Assembly: GCA_001949185.1 (NCBI GenBank)
Contig: BDGG01000012.1
Coordinates: 1,418,973 to 1,482,972 of the forward strand
Direction of reading: 5' to 3'
DNA length: 64,000 bases
Origin: Ramazzottius varieornatus
Taxonomy: Eukaryota; Animalia; Tardigrada
The translations under genes and the position numbers were made by a program. The notes below the pieces were generated by a model. The model did not search any database, was not told the origin of the DNA, and worked only from the letters and a program-made list of their open reading frames with translations. Below are positions 39,501-51,868 of the stretch, in pieces (position 1 is the first letter of the stretch; the number at the start of each line of letters is the position of its first letter).

Positions 39501-39938
39501 CACGGCACTCCCGCGTTCAGCCTTCTTTCGTTCATAGTTCAGATCTCGCGTGATGATATCTTTCTTTTTGGCATGCACTGCCTCGACCAGCGCGTTCTCC
39601 GCTTTCGAGCTCCAGTAGGTGCGGGACGTGGTTGGGTCTTCCGAGTTGAGGAAGACAGCAACCTCGACTTCAGCATGATAAGTAGGCACAGGTGTCCTGT
39701 CGGCTGTCTGGAAATACGGGGTTCTGTACAGTGCCTGAGATACGGACAACTCACTCGAGCGACTGTCTTCCGTGACGGATAAGGCTTTTCGCACTTGCTG
39801 TTCCTTTCCTTCGTTGAGGGCGGCCTGCCTCTCTACGGTTTCCAGTAAAGCACTGAGGGATTGCTGATATGCTCGGCTGCTGTCCACGAAAGCTCGTAAT
39901 TTCCCACAAAGTTCCGATCTGCTGCTTTCTCCATCCAT
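36560..39938 (-). CDS. SNAPC4: SNAPc subunit 4 (SNAP190)-like Myb-repeat protein
   Basis: N-terminal coiled coil, PYFQTADRTPVP, WSSKAENALVEAV, then Myb repeats (LDPSLKTGPWKIEERTKL..NWDAVAFDLKGRTAFDC; NWSLVGRMIPHR..YWSRHLNPEVSRSSWS) and a basic/acidic C-terminus. Multi-exon. Confidence 0.75.
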
Positions 39939-40852
39939 GTCTGCTACGCGGTGGATAGCTTCCTTCCTCTCGTCCGAATCAACCACACATGCACCAGGAA
40001 TATAGAATCACCCTCTTTCAGCTGGATCTCAGAGCAATTTTAGCAGATATCTTCCTGAAAAATAATTTATCGAATTTGAATTGTTGGGTTGTGATTTTGA
40101 AATTTGAACTTTGGATGTTTGATGTAGTTCAATCAAGATCCTCCAATCAAGCGCAGATCTCACGTTGACGGTCGACCGGCTTGATTTCCACCACACAGTC
40201 CACACCACTTTTTCTAGCTGGCTCAAACGGGACCGACTGAACGTCATTAGGTTGGATTCAATGGGTCGATCAGTATTTTGCATGTGTATCAAGCTCGCAT
40301 GACGTCAGAATTGGTCAGAGTGGATGGTCTGTAATCCATTCCACTGCTCCCACTTTTCGGCGACCTGAATAAAATATAAATCCGTTTTTCTCCCATCTGA
40401 GCCATCTTTGATGGCACCTTAATAATTTCGTCCTGAAGTCTATGCCGATCCCGATCTTCTTGTGCTTTCATCTTTCCACCCAGCATATCGTCCTACCTCG
40501 CAGTTGAGTATCCAGTCTACGTTAGGCAAAGAGCGACCAGTGACTGATTCGATAGAGCACATCGTCTGGACTCCGCCTGGACCCTGACTCCGCGAAGCCA
40601 ACTCGGGAAACTGATCTACTCTTACCTGTCTATGCGTCGTAAGACGTCGAGAGCATCAGTGATTGTCCACAGAACTGCAGGTTCCTTCTCCCTATAACTA
40701 TCGGTCATCGCAGCACGGACGGGTAAAGGCGAAGCTGCAGGTGAGCAACACTTTGCGTGCAAGCATAATGTGACTTAGTTATATTCGTTTTTTGGTTGCA
40801 ATTTCTGTATTGCCATTGACGCTCAACCAATGATCTGTTATGGTTCCATAGA

Positions 40853-42233
40853 ATGGATGTCGCTCCGACTATAACCTCGCTCACGCAGCAGCTATTTGAA
40901 GCAAAAGAACAGCTGAAGGAAACGGATGAGAATATCAAGAAAGTCACTGGTCGCGATGCCATTGAACCTCCCGGCCGATCTCGCGACGTTCCTTCTGCAG
41001 CTCCTGCTAGAGGTAACGGCATTCGGAATACACTGGCGCTGAGGGATAATCCAGCCTTTGCTCGCGACGTTGAGCGGACAAGGGTCGCAGACGAACCAGC
41101 TTCGAAGAGACCGCGTATAGTCCACTCTTTCCACCCAGTAGCAGACAATACCCCACGAAATGGGGCAGATCAAGGTGATCGACGTCGAGGAGGATGGGAT
41201 GACGACGAAGATTACCGTCGTCGGAAAGTACAATCTGCTGTGGTTGTCGAAAGCCTCCCACAAAAGACTCGCGAGGTACCAGTAGTAGAGCAGTATCGAT
41301 TCGAGGCAAGGTGGCAGTATCGGCCACCCCAAAAATATCCTGTATTTCGGTAGGGTGGCCGACCTAGGTTTTGTGCCTCGAAAGTCGATGTGTGCTTCTG
41401 AATGATCGTTCGTCAGTCTATTGACTGTCTCTTTATCCCAGGAACGAATAGTGGAGGCCCAGGTCCGAGTTGGCGATAAAGACGTCGCTCGTAACCGCCG
41501 AATATTCGGTTCGTTAATGGGCACGCTGAAGAAGTTTCAACAAGAGCAGAGTACTAGAGCGCCCACAGATGACAGACAAGCTGAAATCCGGAAGAAACTG
41601 GAAGAGAAGGAATCCCTCGAAAAGAAGGAAGCTTCTCGAGCGCGCAGGGAATTATTCTGGGAACGTAAAAGAAAACAGGCCACAGTGAAGTTCTTAGAAA
41701 CTAAGGTTGATATCGTCAAACGGTTCAACGACTGGGAACAGTCGCAAAAGCCTCTGCTGAATTTCATCCAAACAGAAAGTAAGCAGCCTATCTTCTATCT
41801 GCCTAAGAAGTTGAATAAGAGTCAAGAAGAGAAATTAGAGAAGAGCCGGAAGTTAGTCGAGGAAGCCATACAGAAACGTCGTGAGTACATGGAGAACCAG
41901 CTACGAAGGCTGGATCAGAAGATCGAGTACGTCAACAGACCGAGAAGAGGTGGACCGGACGTTTCGGTCGAAGACGACATCCAGGAAACTAGGAAGAAGA
42001 TGCAGGAGGAACCACTGGACGATATCGACGTTGAAGCGTTGCTGGATGACAACGAAGTAGAAGGGCTGGAGCTCATCGCGATTGACGAGCAAGACCAGAC
42101 AGTCAATGTTCCGGACGTGGCAATGGAAGGTAGCAGTACTGGGGACAACGGAGCTCAGGACGCGGAAGAGAAGAATGATAGCGCGTCTGCTGACAATGGC
42201 GATACCAAGATGGACGAACCTTCGGCAACGTAA
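40853..42233 (+). CDS. PNN: Pinin (PSAP/EJC-associated splicing factor)
   Basis: Exons 40853-41275 and 41442-42233. LFEAKEQLKETDENIKKVTGRD, RNRRIFGSLMGTLKKFQQE, FIQTESKQPIFYLP. No C-terminal RS domain. Confidence 0.93.
41287..41399. repeat. Long imperfect hairpin filling most of the pinin intron
   Basis: AGAGCAGTATCGATTCGAGGCA..TCGGCCACCC pairs with GGGTGGCCGA..TGCCTCGAAAGTCGATGTGTGCTTCT. Confidence 0.65.
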
Positions 42234-42721
42234 GGCTTTCACGTGCACTTGACTGTAACTTTTCTTTATATATTTTCGAATGGAGGTTCGGGGCGGGACT
42301 TCTGCGAAATATTTCGTTCGTCTTGAGACACCGATTATTCACTCGTTGTTCAATTGTTGTCCTTCGCACCCTACGAGGTGTTGTTCACTGTTCAACTCGT
42401 TCCAGTCCCTGACGCAATGGCAGTGGATTGACACGGTGTCTGTGCTGGAGCTTTGATTGGCCGCTGATTACTGTTCTGTTAAGATGTACTTATGTAGCAT
42501 GTTCGCGCTGTGGATGGGCTGTATACAAATCCGCTGCGAAATGAATAAAAAGCTGTTCCCCCTCGGAATGACATATTTTTCCCCGAAGCAAATGGAAATG
42601 ATCGAGTCTCCATGTTCAAGACGCGGAATGCGACGATGGGTTCCATGAAACCCCAAACACGATAATACAGTCTGCCATAATGCAGATACGAAGATACCTT
42701 AGACGATTCTGCCATTTCGTA

Positions 42722-42875
42722 CTGTAGTGCTCCCAAATTAACGCGCACTCAGCCACGTGATGAGTCAGCGTTGTCCAGTGTGATCAGATGTTATCAGTGG
42801 AGCCTGTGTGACTCTCACCCGGGCATCATTTACTGTCCACGTGGTTGAGTGCGCGTTAATTTAGGAGCACTACAG
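42722..42875. mobile_element. TA-flanked MITE (pogo/Tc1-mariner superfamily-like, 154 bp)
   Basis: 38-bp TIRs, CTGTAGTGCTCCCAAATTAACGCGCACTCAGCCACGTG and CACGTGGTTGAGTGCGCGTTAATTTAGGAGCACTACAG (2 mismatches); TA at 42720-21 and 42876-77. Confidence 0.88.
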
Positions 42876-43645
42876 TATGATGCTGAAAGCACGGTATTAC
42901 AATAGTAGCCAACGAGCTGCCCTTGTCGTCCACGACCTCAAGCACATAAACGATTGTCAGCCTACGCACAGGTACGTTTCGTGGTCCACATCCTGAATAA
43001 GCTTTCGAACTCCCGAAAATTGCACTCCTTATGATTATCCTTATGATGTTTGAAAGTTATCGACGCTGGCCTATTGAGTGTTGAGTCCGAAAATGTTGCG
43101 AAGGACACGGCGCGAAAGGGACAGGAAGTCTTACACGAAGAAAAGAGTTATAGCGATATGTTACCGCGGAATTTTAGCGAAGATTATATGCCTACTTCCT
43201 GTCGACAACTTTCAAGGGTCTTCCGAAATATTTTGTAATTTTGACAGTGTCAGTTTCCTGAAGAAATAGCTGACAAAGGTAACCTAACAATAGGTGCACT
43301 TGACCAGTACATCATACTCGGGCAAGCGAAGAGCTCGAGGAACCCAGACTGTAACAGACCGCTAGTCCGTCTGGCGCTCCGCAGATGGACGAATCGGATA
43401 CTGGTATTGTAAATATGATACCTTCACCGATGGCGTAATAAATATGATTAATGATAAACAGGCAGGTTGTGTGCGGAGTAAGCGCTGATCGATGGAGGCC
43501 CGCGTACAGGTATCGTGCGCACGCCCGAACAACGGCCCGGCACTGTTGACCAAGATTCTAGAAATACATGGGGAATATAAAGAAACGCGCTTAGTCCATT
43601 GCTCGACCAAATCTTATTTCGTCTGTGCTTTCTTCGTGACAGAAG

Positions 43646-43653
43646 TATAAAAG
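43646..43653 (+). promoter_or_regulatory. Candidate TATA box for CBM14 gene 1
   Basis: TATAAAAG about 190 bp upstream of ATG 43837. Confidence 0.45.
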
Positions 43654-43836
43654 CTTCCTGCTCTGAACTCTGTCGGAAGCTCGTATACCGCGTGGTTCAT
43701 CATTGTGTAACGTTCCTTGTTCCTTGGGTGGGCGACCGACAGTAGTGAAAGAGGGGTATCACCTATCGATGAGGAACTAACTGGTCCTTGTTCGCGGCCT
43801 CCGCGACGACTTCGTTTTGCTATTTGATACTGTGAT

Positions 43837-45512
43837 ATGGCGCGGACTGAAACTGTTATATTTTTCCTTCTTATTTCAACTTTCTGTGGGTCTGTGGTTA
43901 GGTCTCACGAACTGGTAAGTGCATACAAACTACTGTAACTGAAAACTTTTCCTTCCCAGTACTTCTCCTTTGGGAAACTTCTCTTCTGCAGAAAAAGCGA
44001 CAATCCGTAAATATTCAAAACCCACCAGTATGGCAAGCGTTGGATCTTCTTCGGGGTGGAGGAGAGCCACTGAATGCCGCGCAGGTCCAACAAGTCATGG
44101 CTTCCGCCGGTAAATTGGTCTTGACCCTAGCTGGCTCACTGTTCTGATGCAGTGTTCTATTAGTCTATAGAGAGCTTGAGCTAGTTGGTATGATCTATCA
44201 TCGTTGTTCCTTGCAGTACCGGGACAGAGCTATCCAACATTGGCATACATACCACAAACTTCTTTCACCTGCTCAAGCGCTAGACAACCGGGGTTCTACG
44301 CCGACCCGGAAACGGGATGCCAAGTCTTCAGACGCTGCGAGCAGAACAACTACATGTTCTCCTACATATGTCCGAACAGCACTGTAAGTTCGGCAGGAAC
44401 CCGCGAAAGTCGATAATTGTCGAGCTCTTTGGTACCTTCAAAACACACACCGTTAATCCGGCTCCATCTTTAGCTCTTCAACCAAATTACTCTCGTTTGC
44501 GACTACTGGTACAACGTGCAGTGCGACCGGTAAGGCTTCAAAATTTAGACAAAGGCTATAAAGCGCTTTTGTGACTGGTTTCAACCACGTTACTTTCTCA
44601 GACAGCTGGAAAATGTTCGCCGTTTGCAGGTCGCAACAGTTTGTCGATTACTCCAATCCCAGAATTTACATCCAGGGTGGTAAGTCCATCCCACTTCTTT
44701 TGTCCTCTGTTTCGCTCTGAGCCGGTCCGACCAGCCACCTGACAATATTACAACATCAGATTTAGTACAAAGTCTGTCTGGTAGTTCCGTTACTTGACGA
44801 TGTGAATAATGGATACGGAGGAGCTAGTGGCAACCTCATTGGTGGTGGTGGTGGTAACTACGCTTCCGGTGGTGGTGGCAACTATGCTCCCGGTAGCTCA
44901 CTGGGCGCTGGGCAAGCTGTTACCATCGGTGGCGGTGGTACATATTCAGGCGGCGGTGGCGGTAACCAGTACGATACCGGACGCGTCCAAAGCCAAGGAG
45001 GAAGAGGATCAAACTACCTACAGGGGCTGTCCGGCGGAAGTCTGTATAGTAGCGGGTCTTCGGGTTCTCAAGGCGGTGATTACAGCCGGGTACAAAGCGG
45101 AGCGTACAATACGATGCTAGGAACCAGCTCGTACTCTGCCGCGAACCAGCAGCAACAACAACAACAACTTCCCTTCGGAACGCTTGTCTCATCCTCCTAC
45201 GGTCCATCCCCACAGTCCCCATACCAAAGTCCCTCTTCGAGTGTTCAAGGCGGATATGCGCAACAGAACTACCAACAACCACAGCCGCAATTCCAACCGG
45301 CTTCTGGATATTCCTCACAGTACTCTTCACAACAGCAAAGAGCACCGTACTCTTCCGGTGTAATCCAACAGATCGGACCATCTTACAGAAGTTTATCTAA
45401 TCGACTTCTAAGGCTGCAAGCCGACGCTTCCGATATTTTCACTACAAAGACCGTCACTGATTCGACACCGAGTAGTACTAACGTTCTAAAGTCCTTTGAG
45501 CAATCTGGCTAA
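43837..45512 (+). CDS. Secreted chitin-binding (CBM14/peritrophin-A-type) cuticular protein with Gly/Tyr/Ser/Gln-rich tail
   Basis: Signal peptide MARTETVIFFLLISTFCGSV; YPTLAYIPQTSFTC..PGFYADPETGCQVFRRC..YICPNSTLFNQITLVCDYWYNVQC (6 Cys); last exon rich in GGG and QQQ. Confidence 0.9.
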
Positions 45513-46487
45513 ATCTTTTCTCGACACTTTTGGAACGAATGTGATGGTCCGGATTTGAGCTCACAAAAATCTGCTGTGAATTTTGATAGCTTTACAGCCA
45601 AAAGTGAATTGTAGCAAATTTGTGTTTTGACTGTGAAATCGTGTCGCCAGAAATAAATTCTTGTTTGTTCGTTGATCGGAAAGTTCAACAGTTTGGTAGT
45701 TTATCTCTTCTTGTCCAATCGTGATGGATCGCCGTTTCCTTGTAACCTTTCGTATGGGTAACCGGATCAGTGGACGAAACACGTCAAAATGTCTTCATGG
45801 AGCTTATTCTGAAACAAGAGAAAACAGATGAGCAAAGGAACGTATAATGCCTGCTCGACTACTGTCGGACTCTGCAGTCGGTGAACGCCTAAGTAGCCAA
45901 TGCTGACCTGCAGCTCGCGCGACATATCACAATATCTCAATGGTATTAATAACAGCGGCCCACGCTTACCCGCATGTTTTGTGTAGCGGCAGATCGATCT
46001 TGCTTTCTTGTCCTCTCGAGCAAACAAGACCGACAGCTCAGTGTTTTCCCGCTTTTTAAAAGTCAAATAGTTAGCGTCTGGTTAACGCGGAAGTACTAGT
46101 GTAGTCTACCTCTTCGAAAATACTTCACCTCGTCGACTGAGCTTCGCAATCTCCAGGACTTTGGTTCAGTACGTCCGAAGAGCCTAGTGGTTGGGGCTTT
46201 CCGTTTAACACAAAAAATACAGCTAGTACAAGTCGAACTACAGTACTTATCAAACAACTAAACTTCAAGCAAACGAAACCTCAAACCGCCCCTGCCAGAC
46301 ATCTGCCACGCTCAAAATAGACCAAATTTCAACGTAATGCGCAGTAAACTTAGTGGGAGCTACAATCCACACCAGAATTTACACAGCGAAGGTTAGGTTT
46401 GTAAGGAAAATACAAATGCAAATGAAAGAATTTTGGGTACCGTCTAAGAATCTCAGGGAACTGCAATACCAGTCACGTGAGCGAGAC

Positions 46488-47731
46488 TCAATCAGCGTCC
46501 TCCTCTTCTTCTTCCTCGTCGTCCCCCTCATCTTCGTCTTCCTCATCACCATGATTTGAGCCTCCTGACTGTTGTCTGGAAGCTTTATTCTCCTTGAGGT
46601 TTTCATTGTCGAACCTGTGACAGAAAAATCCAGTTTTAGTTTCCATCAACTCAAAATATGCTCGAACATGCGCGACCCTCCTCGCCCTAACCAGCGTCTG
46701 ACTTTCATTGGCGCCACTCCAAATCCTCTCGCAAGTTCATCCTTCTGTTGGGTAGTCGGGCGCTTATTAGCTGCCCAGTACGTTTTGAGGATGTCTATCT
46801 GCTCCGGCGTGAAGCGAACTGCCTTGCCCCTCGGTGCAACTCCAGGATAAGTCAGTGTTCCGCCTTGTTCAGCAGTGAGACGGTCCAGTCGCAGGAGCTC
46901 TCGAACCTGGGTCACACGTGGCATAGGTAAAACTTTCTGCACCTCCCGGAAGGCAGCAGGGCTCACGCTGTAGACTCGACACCCTGCAACTACCGATACC
47001 ATTCAGTTTCCATCATCATCATGACCAACATTACCCTTTATTGTGCTACACTAACCGAAATCGAGGACCGCAGGTGTGTATCTTCGCGCGAACTTCTTTT
47101 CGCATTTCTTGTCACATTTGTGCAACTTGATCAAGTCTTTAAGAAGGGAAGGGACTTCCGTGAGGAGGATGCTGTCGTTCTCCAGTAGTGTCTTTAATGC
47201 AGCCGAGTATTTTCGCTCTTTCAACAGTTCCGTCTGTAGCAACCTGATCTTCTTCGCACATCGATCTAGCTCACTCCGCATACGGCTAGGCTTTTCCAGG
47301 ATAGCCTTGACGGTGCTGGTCTTAGCCTTGGTTTTGCGATCCACTGGATGGTTTCTACTTTTATGGGCAGGAAGAGTCTGGTGCAGATGCATGCTAGTCG
47401 ATTTCTTGGTCTTAGAGATCGAGGAGTTGCCAACTTGACCGACCAGATTTTCTTGTGTAAGAGATGATTGTTCGATGGAATGAGAGGTATTCGATCCGGA
47501 AGGACTGGCAGCTAGTTGAGCAACAGGTAAAGCCGGAGACGAACCCAAAAGCACAGTCTGGAGTGGGACGGAAGTGCCAGCTATGTCGTTCACTTTCACA
47601 ACCGGAAGTTGACCACCCACACTGACAGAAGAGTAAGAAGGTACGTCAGGAAGAGCGATGGTGTGATGGGACGATGAAGAATATGGACTGCCTCTTATTT
47701 GATCCATTCCTGCTGTGTCTTGAGGATCCAT
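46488..47731 (-). CDS. Chimeric protein: coiled coil, P-element/THAP9-transposase-like HTH, divergent homeodomain, acidic tail (364 aa)
   Basis: Exons 47731-47056, 46983-46692, 46614-46488 (72- and 77-nt GT-AG introns; 1095 nt in frame). Splicing gives RRYTPAVLDFG|CRVYSVSPAAFREVQKVLPMPRVTQVRELL and RFTPEQIDILKTYWAANKRPTTQQKDELARGFGVAPMKVRRW|FDNENLKE..DEEDEDEGDDEEEEEEDAD*. Confidence 0.75.
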
Positions 47732-48554
47732 TCGTTCGGCTTGGGTGAATACCTAAGAAGAGCCAAACCACAGCGTCCCACGCCGCTCATAAACAACAGC
47801 AACGTACTACAATACTCCACGGCAGTCTGGCCGCAGGCGATCGAACAACATGCCGAGTCTTACTGTATTCCCAAGCTTGCTGCAGTGCTAGTGTTGAAAA
47901 CAAAGGCTCCTCGCCTCCTCCCTGGACTCGGTTGAGCTGGTGGGGATACTCGGAGTCTCAGACGAGAGAATGGGATTATATTAATGAGTTACATAAAGGA
48001 GAGCTAAGAGAAGTGCCAAAATGTTCCGAACTTCAGATTGAAGTTCATTGAAGCCCAAGGGTGGCAGGAGTGCACCAGGGGCGTTTGACGAAGGCTCATT
48101 TTGGTCAAGGGCTCATGGCGAAGCTCGTAGTGAAGCTCTTGACTCGCCAGGGCCGAACATGCACCGCAGTTTGCTTCCCTTATGGTGAGTCATATCGTCG
48201 GAAATCTCTCCTCTGAACCATGTAAGCTCGCGACGCACCGTCGTTTGAAACGTGCTGATCCGACACCGACGAAGCGACTTACCGGAAGCGGTTCAGACTT
48301 CAGAGTTTTTCCTTTGTCCAGATCATCTGTTGTCGTTCTTCCAGGAGGAATTGTTATCGCTCGACAGCGTTTGTTACCGGAGAGAAGGAGGCTGGGAGAC
48401 TGCACGCGTACTATAACAGCGCAGAAACCGCGCTGAGGATCCAAGGTATGTTGATGACAACTCTTGCGACATCGCCTACCTATGAACTGGTTAATGACTA
48501 GGACAGTTATCACTCCATGGTTTTGGTTCCAGAAAGCTCCCTTCGTCTTCAAGA

Positions 48555-51500
48555 ATGTCTCAATACAACTTCAAAAAGATAACGGTGGTTCCGTCGTCGA
48601 AGGTGAGAGAAACGCCATGGCAGAATCCACAATGAAGACGCGGACGACGGAATCGGTGGTTCGTCTTCGGTTTCCTAATGGTTGCCTAACGAGGTTTTGG
48701 CTGATGCAGGACTTTATCGACATCATCCTCTCGAAGACGCAACGGAAGACTCCAACAGTAGTTCATCGTCATTACCAGATTTCCCGTATCCGTAGCTTCT
48801 ATATGCGAAAAGTGAAGTTTTCCCAGCAGAGCTTCCATGATAAACTGTCTCAGATTATCCAAGACTTTCCAAAGCTGGAGGTTAGTACAGTTGACGTATT
48901 CTCAAATATTCTTGCTACACATAAGATGGTGGGAAGCATTTGAACATGGCTTCCGTGATCGCTGTAATGTAGGTTTGCCGTTTACTCCTAGGACATCCAT
49001 CCTTTCTATGCTGACTTGATAAACGTGCTTTACGATCGCGACCATTACAAGCTTGCGCTAGGCCAGATCAACATTGCCAGGAATCTTATTGACAAGTACG
49101 ATACATTTTAATCGTGTTCCACATTGTGAGCGTAATAGGTTGACTAACAATTTTTTGATTTCTAGTGTGGCCAAAGATTACTGTCGTTTGCTCAAGTACG
49201 GAGATTCACTCTACCGGTGTAAGCAGCTCAAGCGCGCAGCCCTTGGCAGGTAAGATTCATCTGGAGTAAAGTTATCCGGATAATTGAAATGTTGTCCAGT
49301 GGGCGCGCCTATTCTGTCCGGTCTTCCATCTGAGGGCTGGATTTGCTACCAGCGTGCAAAAGTAACTGAGTTAGCATACGTCAGTTTGGATGGTGGACAT
49401 TGTCTTTAACTTCGCGCTGACCCTACAATCCCTAATCACTCGTCGAAGAGTGACATGCTTATTTGTCTGTCGTAGAATGGCCACTATCATGAAGCGCCAG
49501 AATTCCAGCTTGTCATACCTAGAGCAGGTCCGACAACACCTGAGCAGACTGCCGAGCATCGACCCCAACACCCGAACACTTCTTATCACTGGATTCCCTA
49601 ACGTTGGAAAGTCCAGCTTCATCAACAAAGTCACGCGCGCCGATGTGGATGTGCAGCCGTACCCCTTCACGACAAAGTCTCTCTTTATCGGGCACATGGA
49701 CTACAAATACCTTAGGTGGCAGGTGAGTTCTGCGTTTCACTTATAGAATCAGAAACAGGGAGAATTTAATGGAGCAGCAAGTATCCTTGACTTCCGGATT
49801 TTCAAGTGTATAAAGTCTTCGTGGTTTTTGCAGGTGGTAGATACGCCCGGTATCCTGGATCAGCCGCTGGAAAACCGAAATACTATCGAGATGCAAGCTA
49901 TAACAGCGCTTGCTCATCTAAGAGCTGCAGTTTTGTACTTCATGGATATTTCCGGTCAGTGCGGCCATACTCTGGAAGAGCAGGTGAGCGGCGTTTGGGT
50001 TCCCACGTGTCTCCGGCCACAGCGCTGATACTGTTTGGTCTTGCAGGTTAGCCTCTTCACTAACATGAGACCTCTCTTCGCCAACAAGCCCCTCGTCATC
50101 GTCATCAACAAGATCGATATCCTGAAGTTCGAAGATCTGAATGAAGCCGAGCAGGTAAATATTTGGTCGATTGTGGACTCATTTTCCCCCTCGGCTTATG
50201 GATAATTGGATATCTGGGTGGATTAGTCACGTGTTGTTCTTATTTTAGGGGCTGATAAACTCCCTTCGGGCTGAGGAGACCATTATCTTGTTCATGAGCA
50301 CCATAACCGGTGAAGGTGTTATGGAAGTGAAGCAGGAAGCTTGCGACCTTCTGTTAGCTTCTCGAGTGGAAGCCAAGATGAAAAGCAAAAAGTCCAACGA
50401 TATCTTGAACCGTCTGCATGTCGCCGTGCCGCAGAAACGCGATGATAAGGTATGCTGTTATTTCCGCTGAGACGCTGAGAGCTTATCGAAGGAGCTGTTC
50501 AGTGTACCTGTCCAGCGGTGTACTCTAACGTAATTTACGGGCTTGCATTCTCTTAGTTTCTGATATAGCATGTGTGTTTTGGAAGGAGGATGCTAGCGTT
50601 ATCATGAAAAACAGTAGTTAACTATACAGTTCACCACGGTCATAAATTTCAACCTATCTTGAGAGTTGGGACTAAATTTTGAACGTTAGATATAAATTGG
50701 GGTACGTTTAGTTAATTGCCGTACTGTTCATCTTCTCAAGTGTCTGTTTTGTAGGAGCGTCCAGCTTTCATCCCGGAAGGCATCGTGAGGAAGCGCGAAG
50801 CTATGGATGTGGGTGAGGTGAAGCCAAAGAAGAAACTGGAAAGGGAGATTGAGTTGGAGCAGGAGGAAGAGTACTTCCTGGACCTGAAGAGTGAGTCTAA
50901 AGTAAGCACTCCATTCCGTGACGATTTTCACATATTGCTTGTTCGGTCGACAGAACGCTACTTCGACATTCCCGAGAAAGAACGCTGGGACACCATCCCG
51001 GAAGTGTGGAATGGTCATAACATTGCCGATTATATCGACCCGGAAATCTTCGAGGTTAGTAATTTCCTGCTTGCGAACGTTCTTACTGACCGAAATCGCA
51101 TTCTGTTGTTGTGCCTTCAGCGTCTGAAACAAATGGAAGAAGAGGAAGAGAAACGAGAGAAAGCTGGGGACTACGATGAAGACATGGAGGAGGACGATGA
51201 AGAGGAAGAGAAGATTCATGAAACGGCAAACGAGTAAGTTAACTTTCAGGCATATTGGGTTTGAGTACGAAGAATGAAGAAGGTTTCGGGTTATTATTAG
51301 CTGATGGTTTGACGAGCAGGAATTCTAATTGATCTTATTTACAGGATAAGAAGACGCAAAGCAGTGTTGCACGAGGAAGCTCGAGTAAACAGGAGCACCA
51401 AGCCTAGAATGGCTCGCGAACATGGACGAAAGCGAGAACGCAGCGAGAGTAACCTCCGAAGTAAGATGGAAGATTTGGGCATCGATGGTGAGGAACTGTC

Positions 51501-51868
51501 GGAGAAGCGCCGAAGCCGCAGCGCCACTTCAAAAACCACGAAGCGACCTCGCATCAGCACCAGCGTGGCCGCAGCAAGTCACACCAGGAGCGAATCAAAG
51601 ACTCCTCGTGATCGATCCGGTCTTCGCGATGGAAAGGTACGTCTTGGTTACTCGTTGTTGACAGAGTATGGTGACAAGGCTCTTAGCTTTTGCTTGACGA
51701 AAGAATGTTTTGCAGATGGTCATGAAGGTGAAGAAGATGGCCAAGCGTGCGCAGAACAAGATGAACCACGATGCGCGAAAGGGTGAATCTGACAGGAAGA
51801 TTTTCAGCCTGAAACCCAAACATCTTTTCGCTGGAAAACGCGGTAATGGTAAAACCGATCGCCGATAA
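48555..51868 (+). CDS. GTPBP4: Nucleolar GTP-binding protein 1 (NOG1)
   Basis: [13 protein letters not shown]|[17 protein letters not shown]; G1 GFPNVGKS; YPFTTKSL; DTPGILD; NKID; [18 protein letters not shown]. About 12 exons. Confidence 0.97.
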
